Positions 42,215 to 49,965 of a DNA stretch of 64,000 nt are shown here, piece by piece. Both the position numbers and the translations under genes were made by a program. Source of the stretch: an uncultured bacterium (lineage in GTDB: Bacteria > Omnitrophota > Omnitrophia > Omnitrophales > Aquincolibacteriaceae); contig CAYWRU010000001.1 in the NCBI GenBank assembly GCA_964460795.1, positions 19,116 through 83,115 of the forward strand, given 5' to 3'. Under the pieces are notes generated by a model. The model was not told where the DNA came from. It did not search any database and saw only the letters and a list, made by a program, of their open reading frames with translations. Positions within the stretch are counted from its first letter, which is position 1. Each line of letters starts with the position of its first letter.

Positions 42215-43649
42215 GCCCTCCTAGCATGTGCGCCGACGCCATTTGTCCTTCGGACTCTTCGGCAGCGTCGGCTTGTTGATTGTGGTCAGCAATTTCCTGT
42301 ACTGACATCGAGTTGACTTCGGACTCCCAAGCGGCGAGTTCTCGCTCAAGTTCCGCTTCGTCCTCAGCCTCGTCCGGTTGAATGATGGCGTCGATTTCGA
42401 TGTCGGCATTGCGTTTTTGCTCAGCCTCTTCGAAACGCTCCCAATCAGCGTCTGTGATTTCTTCAAGCGGCTTGTCGCCGAAGAACTTGGAAGCACGCTC
42501 GTTTAGACTGATTGTGCGATCATCGTCGTCATCGTCGTCATCTTCCGAATCCGGAACGGTCGGATCGTCCAAATCACCGATGCTGTACATCGATGTGATG
42601 ACGTCTTCCGCCATTTCTTCCCAGCGAAGGAGTTCGCCTTCCTCCCACTCTTCTTGAGTGAGCGTATGTATGTCCTTCGCATTGAGTTCAGCGATGCGAT
42701 CACCGCGAGCAATCCATGCGCCGGACTCTTCTTTCGCCACACGTCGGAGGATGGTCTTCCAGCCGTCCAGCGTGAGGCTGTCCGGACACGAATTGGCGAT
42801 GTAATCGTCGGCGGCAGCGGCCTTGGCATCTTCTTCGTCTTTGCGTAGACGGCGAGCTTCTTCCGCGTCCTCCGCGCTTACTTGATCCCGATACGTCGTA
42901 ATAGGAGGTAAGCCGCGTGTTTGATAAACGGAAGGAAGCCGGTGCCCTGGGATTCCGTTGACATCAAGGGCTTCTCCGTCATCGGAGAAGATTTGTCCTT
43001 GGCGAACGGCACTGCGACTGATGTGAGGATGCGCGACCCCTTTCGAGGGCGCCGGCGTCCAAACCTCCCGCGAGCAGCAGTCTTCGTACTCAGCAATCCA
43101 TTCGTCATAGTTGACGCCCGGAAATGCGCAATCGGTGGTAACTTCCACCGGCAGCGTCATGGCGTAACCGGGGCCAGCCGTGTACTTAAGCCGGCAATAT
43201 GTATCACCGCCCTTAGCGATGATGAACATGACGGACCAAGCTGGAGCACCAAAGCATTTGGCGAACGTAGCTTCGTCAACTCCGGACGGCGATGGCGAAG
43301 AACCAGGGTGAGTATGGATCCATACTCGGAAGCACTGATCCATCGTGTAGCCAAGTTCGGCCATATCTTCGACGTACGCATTTACTGCGTCTTCGTCGAA
43401 TTCGACGGTAACCGAACTGCACACCTGTTTGATCATCATCACATCTTCGATGAACAGCGGGTTGTCCGCTGCGCCGACACCGAAGAAGCCTACCTCGGTA
43501 TCGCCGAGATCGCGAATGAATTTGAGCTTAGCCCAGGCGTATGGGCTAAAGACGATCTTGTTTCGAAGCTTCGGGGGCTCCGGTACGAAATACTTCGCGA
43601 CCTTCATGGGAGTAACTGATTTGCCCTTCGACGCTACGTTAGGACTCAT
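42192..43649 (-). CDS. JAB/MPN+ (JAMM) metalloprotease with long acidic C-terminal extension
   Basis: Exact JAMM signature: DTE90VGFF...H150-T-H-PGSSPSP-S160-GV-D163 (nt 43275-43316). I chose the ATG at 43649, an 11-nt overlap with the E2-like stop. The track start is 43763. Confidence 0.75.
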   Translation of the reverse strand: MSPNVASKGKSVTPMKVAKYFVPEPPKLRNKIVFSPYAWAKLKFIRDLGDTEVGFFGVGAADNPLFIEDVMMIKQVCSSVTVEFDEDAVNAYVEDMAELGYTMDQCFRVWIHTHPGSSPSPSGVDEATFAKCFGAPAWSVMFIIAKGGDTYCRLKYTAGPGYAMTLPVEVTTDCAFPGVNYDEWIAEYEDCCSREVWTPAPSKGVAHPHISRSAVRQGQIFSDDGEALDVNGIPGHRLPSVYQTRGLPPITTYRDQVSAEDAEEARRLRKDEEDAKAAAADDYIANSCPDSLTLDGWKTILRRVAKEESGAWIARGDRIAELNAKDIHTLTQEEWEEGELLRWEEMAEDVITSMYSIGDLDDPTVPDSEDDDDDDDDRTISLNERASKFFGDKPLEEITDADWERFEEAEQKRNADIEIDAIIQPDEAEDEAELERELAAWESEVNSMSVQEIADHNQQADAAEESEGQMASAHMLGGHDDGFVD

Positions 43650-45078
43650 CGTTGTACTCTCGATGGTTGTATTGGAAGTATGGGGTGTGGCCGTAGGCTG
43701 TTCCGCGCGCTTCTGCGACAGACTCTTGTCTTTGTTCTTCCGACGTTTGTTCTTCCGTCCCATTGGCTTCCTTTGCCTCTTCTGCTTCGTCTACTTCAGC
43801 AATTGCTTCCGCGATTACGGATTCAATTTTGATAGGGGACGACGGAATTGTTAGAGTTTCAGTGGATTCTTGATTCAACGCCTCGGCTTCAGCGTCTTCG
43901 GCAGCTTTCGCTTTGGCTTCAATTTCTTCGTCGATCTGCTCCATGCACCGTTCGCACATGGCCTTGCCGGCAAACTGCTTATGCTCGGGCGCATCTTCCG
44001 GGCATGTCCAGCCGTGCTGATTGGTTTCAGCTAGACAGGCTGTGCAGCATGTCCTGTCGCACTTTGCGCATTTACCAACACAGTCGTCGGAATTCGAGCA
44101 AGTCGACTCAGAGCAAGCGTCGCACGTAGTGCGGCAGTTAGAGCAAAGCGAATTACTGCACCAAACGCAGGTGGCCGTGCAGCCGGCGCACGCGATGCGT
44201 TCATGGCATCCTTGGCACGAGTAATCTTCGCCGTACGTAGGATCGCCACAGTCATCACAATATGGCGCATTATCATCGTCCTCGTCGTCATCGCTTTCAT
44301 CCCAGACGTCCATTTCGTGGTACGCTGCGCCTGGGTTGTACACGCGAAGAATAGCCAACCACATGGTTAGCGCGTCTACGATAAGGCCTTCGTCCAAGGC
44401 GGTAGAGATAACTCCACCATGGTCGCCTTCGCATAGAACGCCGCCAGACATGTGCGGATGATAGTAACCGTGACCGGACCGAGAGTCTTCACTCATTGGC
44501 GTCACGTTCATAGGCCGCGACCGGCTATACTCCCACAGGTTCATGCGGATGCAGAACTGGCCCATATTCATCTTGGCCGGCTTGCCGTTCAGATCCGTGT
44601 AATCAAGCGTAATCTCTTCAGTGATCACCTCGATGTACGTTTTGGCTGCCGTATTACCGCGATAGAATTTGCATGACACGAACGGTACATCGCGCATGTC
44701 GCGCAGCTTTTTGAGATCGTGGAGGATGCCGTTAACATCGGACGAAGCATCAACGAAGCTGTTTCGCCGTTCTAACTCGGAAGCAATGATAACGATCTCC
44801 GCATGCGCATCGCGCAGAGCGTTAACAAGCTTCTGGTTTTCGGCTTTCGCCGCTTCGGCGTCCCCTTTTGACTGCGCCTTTTCCAACGCTGCTGTTAAAG
44901 TTACGACCGTGTCCCAGCGGCTTTCCATCATGCGCCAGTTAATAGGCGTTAGTGGGCTGCTTTTCTGGGCGCCGTACTTATATGTCTCACGTTCCGGAAT
45001 TTGCTCGGCGATTTTCTTGGCCATGAGAAGAAGCTGCTTATCGCTAAGCGTTACTTCTTCAAAGCCGGCTAAAGTCAA
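43639..45078 (-). CDS. E2 (UBC)-like protein fused to CxxC-rich zinc module (479 aa)
   Basis: TTG start with AGGAG upstream. UBC-like core around aa 115-255: FCIRMNLWEY..PMNV..YHPHMSGGVLC216EG..LIVDALTMWLAILRVYNP. Nine CxxC pairs in aa 274-378. Acidic tail. Confidence 0.55.
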   Translation of the reverse strand: MTLAGFEEVTLSDKQLLLMAKKIAEQIPERETYKYGAQKSSPLTPINWRMMESRWDTVVTLTAALEKAQSKGDAEAAKAENQKLVNALRDAHAEIVIIASELERRNSFVDASSDVNGILHDLKKLRDMRDVPFVSCKFYRGNTAAKTYIEVITEEITLDYTDLNGKPAKMNMGQFCIRMNLWEYSRSRPMNVTPMSEDSRSGHGYYHPHMSGGVLCEGDHGGVISTALDEGLIVDALTMWLAILRVYNPGAAYHEMDVWDESDDDEDDDNAPYCDDCGDPTYGEDYSCQGCHERIACAGCTATCVWCSNSLCSNCRTTCDACSESTCSNSDDCVGKCAKCDRTCCTACLAETNQHGWTCPEDAPEHKQFAGKAMCERCMEQIDEEIEAKAKAAEDAEAEALNQESTETLTIPSSPIKIESVIAEAIAEVDEAEEAKEANGTEEQTSEEQRQESVAEARGTAYGHTPYFQYNHREYNDES

Positions 45079-45088
45079 GGTTCTCTCC

Positions 45089-45123
45089 TAGCTAAAAAAG
45101 ACGGGGCGGCTTTCGCCGCCCCG
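45089..45123 (-). terminator. rho-independent terminator with TAGCTA box between Ubl and E2-like genes
   Basis: Minus strand: CGGGGCGGC-gaaa-GCCGCCCCG, then TCTTTTTTAGCTAGGAG. Confidence 0.7.
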
Positions 45124-45162
45124 CCCGTGATTCAACCTAGGCCCGGCTGCTCCGCAGCGGGG

Positions 45163-45420
45163 TTAGGCTACGAGGGCGCCCTCGATCTTTTGCGGCGTCA
45201 CAGTGACGGAGTCGCCGTCCTTCAACGTAGCGCCAGCCGAGGTGCTCTCTCGGTTGACCTTCACGTTGAAACGCTCAAAAGCGACCGAGGCCGACACGCC
45301 GAGCTTCGTCTCCAGAAGCTGGCCTACCGTATAGTTCGCAGGCACTTCGATGTTATCGACACCGCCGCCCGTGTTGCTGTTCAAAAACCGAATCTTGACC
45401 GTTTCGAAACCGCTACCCAT
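45163..45420 (-). CDS. ubiquitin-like beta-grasp protein (ThiS/MoaD-like, 85 aa)
   Basis: VKIRFL..NIEVPANYTVGQLLETKL..FNVKVNRE..ATLKDGDSVTVTPQKIEG-ALVA. The spacing matches the beta-grasp pattern, with a Gly near the C-terminus followed by a 4-residue tail. Confidence 0.6.
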   Translation of the reverse strand: MGSGFETVKIRFLNSNTGGGVDNIEVPANYTVGQLLETKLGVSASVAFERFNVKVNRESTSAGATLKDGDSVTVTPQKIEGALVA

Positions 45421-45491
45421 GATGTGTTTTCTCTTACAAAGTTACTGAATTGTTTTACTGCGTGGGGATGTCCGGTCAATGACATATCCAG

Positions 45492-46151
45492 TTAGAAGCC
45501 CGTTAAACTGACTTTCTTTGGCCGTTGCGCTTTGCGCGTGCTTGGGCCTTTTACCCTATTAGCACGACACCGATACGAACCCGTGCTGTCAAATTCCTCA
45601 GTGAGCCAGCCTTGTCGCCGCAGGTTGTACAACTCTTGTACGGCGATATGTGTTTCAACGGCTTTGCGCTCAAACGCGGAATCGACCTCTGAATTTATCG
45701 GCAGCTTATTACGCTTCTGCAGCCAGGTAACCAACTCCGGCACGTTAGCCTTGTGTCCTACCGCATCGGCGATTTCAGACAAAGTGTGCCATTCGTAATC
45801 CGATCGGAGATACTCCCGAACGGCTTCAGTGGTTATACCGTAATCGCTTTTGGTCTCGCGCTCCTTCACTGGAAGAAACTTTAACGTCAGCGTATTTCCG
45901 GATCCGCGCACTTCTACGCTATGTCCTTTGATAAGCTTTTTAACGTAGTCTTGCGCGAATAATGTGCGACCCATTCGTTGCTTTTGATCGCCTGTCAGCT
46001 TACTACCGTCAATGTTTCGCTTTGGCTCATAATGCCGATAAGCGTGCATCGCTTCTTCTGCCGACATAATCTTAGCGACACGTATAACCGCGTCGCTTTG
46101 ACCGATCCAGTCGTTGCCGATTGCTTCCCTAACTAGTAACTGGTGAGGCAT
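45492..46151 (-). CDS. hypothetical protein, possible winged-helix C-terminus (219 aa)
   Basis: WHTLSEIADAVGH..VTWLQKR and ELYNLRRQGWL. Weak call. Confidence 0.5.
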   Translation of the reverse strand: MPHQLLVREAIGNDWIGQSDAVIRVAKIMSAEEAMHAYRHYEPKRNIDGSKLTGDQKQRMGRTLFAQDYVKKLIKGHSVEVRGSGNTLTLKFLPVKERETKSDYGITTEAVREYLRSDYEWHTLSEIADAVGHKANVPELVTWLQKRNKLPINSEVDSAFERKAVETHIAVQELYNLRRQGWLTEEFDSTGSYRCRANRVKGPSTRKAQRPKKVSLTGF

Positions 46152-47238
46152 TTTTGTTCATCAGTCGTTCGCATGTTGCATGCACTCGACGTATGGCGCT
46201 ATCCATGGTGTTAATTTGCGCCATGTTCATTCCACCCATAGAGCCATACGAGGACATTCGGCTTTCGTACTTGTCGTTCAACTTATCAAACATGCGACAA
46301 GCTTTCATGAACTCGTCAAATGCGATTTCGTCTCGCGATCGTTTCTTTTTGGTTCGGCTTTCAGCTAACGAGCCGGGTTCCTCGTTGGCGTACTTTTCCG
46401 ACAGCGCTTCAGCCACACTAAGCCGAACTTGGACTTCGGCATGCTTGGACACTTCTTTGATCATGGCGTCCAATTGCCGGCCGTTCAAACTGCCTGTCAC
46501 GACGGCGTACGCTAATGCATAGAGCGTTTCATGCTCGTCGCGGAAGCAATACAGGCTGGCTAGCATCTCGTCGGTAAACACCGCGCTATCAGCCTTAATC
46601 ACTTCCATTGCTACCAGCTTGGCGTGAATAGCGTCGGCATGCAGCGAGGCGTAGAGGTCTTCTACTTTTACGCCGCTGGCGTCGGCCGCGTCTGTTGCCG
46701 GCACTTTGTTTTCACAAAGTTCTTTAGCGAACTGCAGGCACTCGTTGTACGTCGGCGGCATACCGTGGGTGCGGTTGGCGTCGCGGGCGAAACGCTTCAA
46801 GAGATCCGGAGTATACGTGCCTTCTTCAAGAACGTACGCTTCGATGTATTCAAACTTAGCCTTGATAGCAGCGGTAATGCGCTGGTTGCCGGACAAAGTC
46901 GAATACATGCCATTGCCTAGCCGTACCAGTACAGGGCGCGGGAATCGATCGTAATTCGGTTTCGCCATGTCGACGAAATACCGAGTTACGGCATCTTTTA
47001 CGATGGTTCCGTCGGGTCGAGGATTGATACCGAGGCTATGTTCCCGGTCAACAGATGTGAGTGGAACGATTTCAATTTTGACTGGAAATCGATATTTAGC
47101 CAGAAGCGACTCGGCCATTAAACATGGCCCCCAGTGCGACTGCACCGAACACTGGGTTTCAAGCGGCAACGTCCGTGTTTGATGAATTTGCGTTGCAGGA
47201 GTTGCGGCAACCAGCCGATCTCCAAGGGTGACGGACAT
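46129..47238 (-). CDS. ParB/Srx N-terminal-domain-like protein (369 aa)
   Basis: SD GAGGAAAA. VKIEIVPLTSVD...PVLVRLGNGMYSTLSGNQRITAAIKA resembles the ParB-type GxxR..A box. Confidence 0.5.
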   Translation of the reverse strand: MSVTLGDRLVAATPATQIHQTRTLPLETQCSVQSHWGPCLMAESLLAKYRFPVKIEIVPLTSVDREHSLGINPRPDGTIVKDAVTRYFVDMAKPNYDRFPRPVLVRLGNGMYSTLSGNQRITAAIKAKFEYIEAYVLEEGTYTPDLLKRFARDANRTHGMPPTYNECLQFAKELCENKVPATDAADASGVKVEDLYASLHADAIHAKLVAMEVIKADSAVFTDEMLASLYCFRDEHETLYALAYAVVTGSLNGRQLDAMIKEVSKHAEVQVRLSVAEALSEKYANEEPGSLAESRTKKKRSRDEIAFDEFMKACRMFDKLNDKYESRMSSYGSMGGMNMAQINTMDSAIRRVHATCERLMNKNASPVTS

Positions 47239-47260
47239 TCGAGAATTTTCCTCGGGTGTG

Positions 47261-47288
47261 AAACAAAAAACGCAGCAATAGCTGCGTT
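47261..47288 (-). terminator. rho-independent terminator
   Basis: Minus strand: AACGCAGC-tatt-GCTGCGTT, then TTTTGTTT. It ends the ORF-free region downstream of the AAA gene. Confidence 0.7.
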
Positions 47289-47607
47289 ACACAATTATTG
47301 TGACGCGCGTAGGAAGAGAATTTAGACCTACGCGAAAGAAAAAATGGGAGCTAGATGGGCACACCTAGGCCGGTTGCGGAAAGGTACGCATTCGTGCCAT
47401 GGTTCTAGATCGGTCGGATGGATCGATGGAGCCCTACCGGAAGGTGAGGCGATCTCTTCTAGTGCCCATCCGGGTCATGTCGCACAGTGGCTTCTCCGGT
47501 ATTGCATGACCGACGTTGTTAGGAAACGTCATAACAAGGATGTATGTAGGATTTACTAACCTCCACTGTATCCTTGCCAGCTCACTCCCACACGTATTGG
47601 AGCCAAC
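47289..47607 (-). ncRNA. candidate structured ncRNA or long 3'UTR (class unknown)
   Basis: 319 nt without an ORF, lying between the AAA stop and a terminator. Long-range 9-bp helix GATGGGCAC/GTGCCCATC plus several 6-8-bp hairpins. Strand not settled. Confidence 0.3.
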
Positions 47608-49002
47608 CTAGGCTAAGTGGTCAATAGCCCGCGCAGCCGCTAGTTCTTCGGTGTCGGCAATTTGATTGGCTATTTCGATACATCTGTTTTGGAACTCGGC
47701 ACCGGTCTCACCATCGCCGGCAGCAACCGCCTTATCGATCATGTCGGGCCAATCCACCAAAATCCGTGTCGCCAGTTTACGGCGCCCGGCTTCATTCAGA
47801 GGCAGCATCTCGACTTTGTAATCGACGCGCCCGTCCCGCACCAAAGCGCTATCCAATTTGGATGCGTCGTTAACGGTAAGAATTACAATAATACCATCGC
47901 GACGTTTAACGCCGTCAATAGTATTGATGAATGTACGAAACGATACGCCGCCGGCGATTGTTTCGTCTTTGTTAAATACGCGGTCTATGTCTTCGAACAA
48001 AGCGATGCACGGAGTGAATGCAGTGACCTTGTTCCAAGCGGCCGTAAACTCATGCGTATGCATGCTGGACAAATCAATAGAGTACAAGCGGAGGTCCAGC
48101 GAATACGCTATAGCTTGAGCAAATGCCGACTTACCGGTACCAGGAAGCCCGTACAATTGCATACCGCGCTGCCACGGCAGTCCGCGGTCTTTGTACCACT
48201 TCTCCGAGCGGAACCAATGCTGTATTCGCTTTAACGCTAATTCAGCCTGATCCGGTAACCACATGTCTTTAATCGGATCGCCGGAGGATTTGTATTGATC
48301 CAAGGTTTTCTTGTCGTGAACAAGCGTTCTTACATGCTCGAACCGACGCAACCCATGGCCCATACCTATCGCCGTAATAAGCTCGTTTACGTCGCCTTGC
48401 CCGCCGCTTTGACCGGACGAAGGCTCGCGGACTACCGTGTTGTTTTGTCCGTAAGATCCAGTTAGATGCGTGATACAGTAGCGCTCTTTAAGCTCAGGGT
48501 CTCTCTTATCCTCATCGGCGGCTAACCTGTTGTAGGCTTCGACAATATGTGCCTCTACGTCGAACGTGCCGCGTAAATAAGTGATGGAGACGCAGTTAGG
48601 CGACCTGGCCGTGCTGCCGGCGGGTGCCGGAGCGACGCCGCCGTTAGATGTACCACTGCCTAAGTGATCAGGTATGGCATTTGTTACCCATACCGGAATC
48701 CAGCCTTTCCAGAACAGAACGCCGGCCGGACCCATTCGCTCAAACGGGATTGTACGATATTTGGACTCTATCGGCACATAAGCTCTATCGGAGCCATAAC
48801 GCGCCGGTCCAAGCTTGGTCGTCTTGTATTTATCTTGAAGCACTACAAGAAGAACGTAACCAACCTGATCGTTTACTTCGGCGGTCATGATGAAGTAGTT
48901 CACTACAGACAACAGCATTAGTCGCGCCCGGCTCCAGGCTGCAATAAGCAAACCAGAGCTAGCGGCGAGAATGCCGACCCAAATTCCTTTTGATGTGTCC
49001 AT
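47608..49002 (-). CDS. BCS1-like membrane-anchored AAA+ ATPase (464 aa)
   Basis: N-terminal TM IWVGILAASSGLLIAAW. Walker A GLPGTGKSAF, Walker B ALFEDIDRVF. VSFRTFINTIDGV and RDGRVDYKVEM resemble Bcs1 (LTFSGLLNALDGV, RPGRVD). Confidence 0.7.
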   Translation of the reverse strand: MDTSKGIWVGILAASSGLLIAAWSRARLMLLSVVNYFIMTAEVNDQVGYVLLVVLQDKYKTTKLGPARYGSDRAYVPIESKYRTIPFERMGPAGVLFWKGWIPVWVTNAIPDHLGSGTSNGGVAPAPAGSTARSPNCVSITYLRGTFDVEAHIVEAYNRLAADEDKRDPELKERYCITHLTGSYGQNNTVVREPSSGQSGGQGDVNELITAIGMGHGLRRFEHVRTLVHDKKTLDQYKSSGDPIKDMWLPDQAELALKRIQHWFRSEKWYKDRGLPWQRGMQLYGLPGTGKSAFAQAIAYSLDLRLYSIDLSSMHTHEFTAAWNKVTAFTPCIALFEDIDRVFNKDETIAGGVSFRTFINTIDGVKRRDGIIVILTVNDASKLDSALVRDGRVDYKVEMLPLNEAGRRKLATRILVDWPDMIDKAVAAGDGETGAEFQNRCIEIANQIADTEELAAARAIDHLA

Positions 49003-49010
49003 CCGAATCC

Positions 49011-49057
49011 ATAGCTAAAGAGTAAGAAAGACGGGGTGGCCGTTTCCGACCACCCCG
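49011..49057 (-). terminator. rho-independent terminator followed by TAGCTAT box
   Basis: Minus strand: CGGGGTGG..CCACCCCG stem, then TCTTTCTTACTCTTTAGCTATGG. Confidence 0.65.
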
Positions 49058-49093
49058 CTTAGTTGTTATCCACACTGCTTCCAGATTTGGCGA

Positions 49094-49921
49094 TTAGCCG
49101 TGCGTGATCATCTGGTTATGCACCGTGCCTTCCGGCGCCGGCGCGGGCAGAGACACGGACTGCATACCGTTTCGGCTAGCGCGGATCTTTTCGAGCAGCG
49201 CGTGCGTATCGGCTTTCTTCGCATCTTCGGCATCCTTCGCTTCAGCAAGCAGGCGATCGGCGCTTTGGCCGTTCATGTCCGCTACGCCGAGCGAAGTATA
49301 GACCTGCGTGTTGAGCGCGGCCTTTGCTTTCTTGTATTCTTCGTCTTCGAAACCGCCGTTGACGGAATCGCCGATAAGAGCAAGGGAGGCGTTGGTCGCG
49401 TTCGAGATCTGCAGGCGAAGTTGCTTGTTTTCGGCGTCTTTCCGTTCGGCATCGATCGCTTCTTTCGCGGCCTTGATGATGAGCTTCTGGTTGCCGACCT
49501 GCGAGGTCAGATTTTCCAGAGTTTTACGCTCTGCCTGGATTCGCTTCTGCAGCGAGTCCAAATCAGCGACGTAGTTCATCAGCGTGCCGTTCTTATCGCC
49601 TTCCGGCGACTGGTCGATCAAATTGATACGGTTGAGAAGCCTCTGTTCCTCTTGCGTCATCTGCGTCAGAGCTTCTTGCGACTGCATCATCATGCCTCGC
49701 AGAGTCCCTAGCGCGATGTCCGCTGCTTTCATTTTTGCAGCCTGTTCATCGATCTTCTGAGCGACTACGGCTGCGGGATCGGTATTGAGAAGCGCATTGC
49801 TTGCTTTACCGATCTTAGCCCGACCAAAGGTCACGATGGACCAGAAGGCCGGACGGTTGAGTACGAAAATCACCGACAAGGCGCCGGCAACAAAAATCAA
49901 AGACGTTTCGATAATACCCAA
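49094..49921 (-). CDS. PspA/IM30-like coiled-coil protein with N-terminal TM (275 aa)
   Basis: TTG start with AGGAG upstream. IGKASNALLNTDPAAVVAQKIDEQAAKMKAADIALGTL parallels the PspA N-terminal helix (NANINALLEKAEDP..). Long heptad region. Confidence 0.45.
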   Translation of the reverse strand: MGIIETSLIFVAGALSVIFVLNRPAFWSIVTFGRAKIGKASNALLNTDPAAVVAQKIDEQAAKMKAADIALGTLRGMMMQSQEALTQMTQEEQRLLNRINLIDQSPEGDKNGTLMNYVADLDSLQKRIQAERKTLENLTSQVGNQKLIIKAAKEAIDAERKDAENKQLRLQISNATNASLALIGDSVNGGFEDEEYKKAKAALNTQVYTSLGVADMNGQSADRLLAEAKDAEDAKKADTHALLEKIRASRNGMQSVSLPAPAPEGTVHNQMITHG

Positions 49922-49946
49922 AACGGAGTCTCCTACTCGTTAAAGA

Positions 49947-49965
49947 TTGTGAACGCGCGTTCAAG
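49947..49965 (-). repeat. palindromic element copy
   Basis: The plus strand reads ttgtgaacgcgcgttcaag. Overlaps the stop of 49961..50269 and lies about 25-45 nt upstream of the PspA-like start. Confidence 0.75.
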
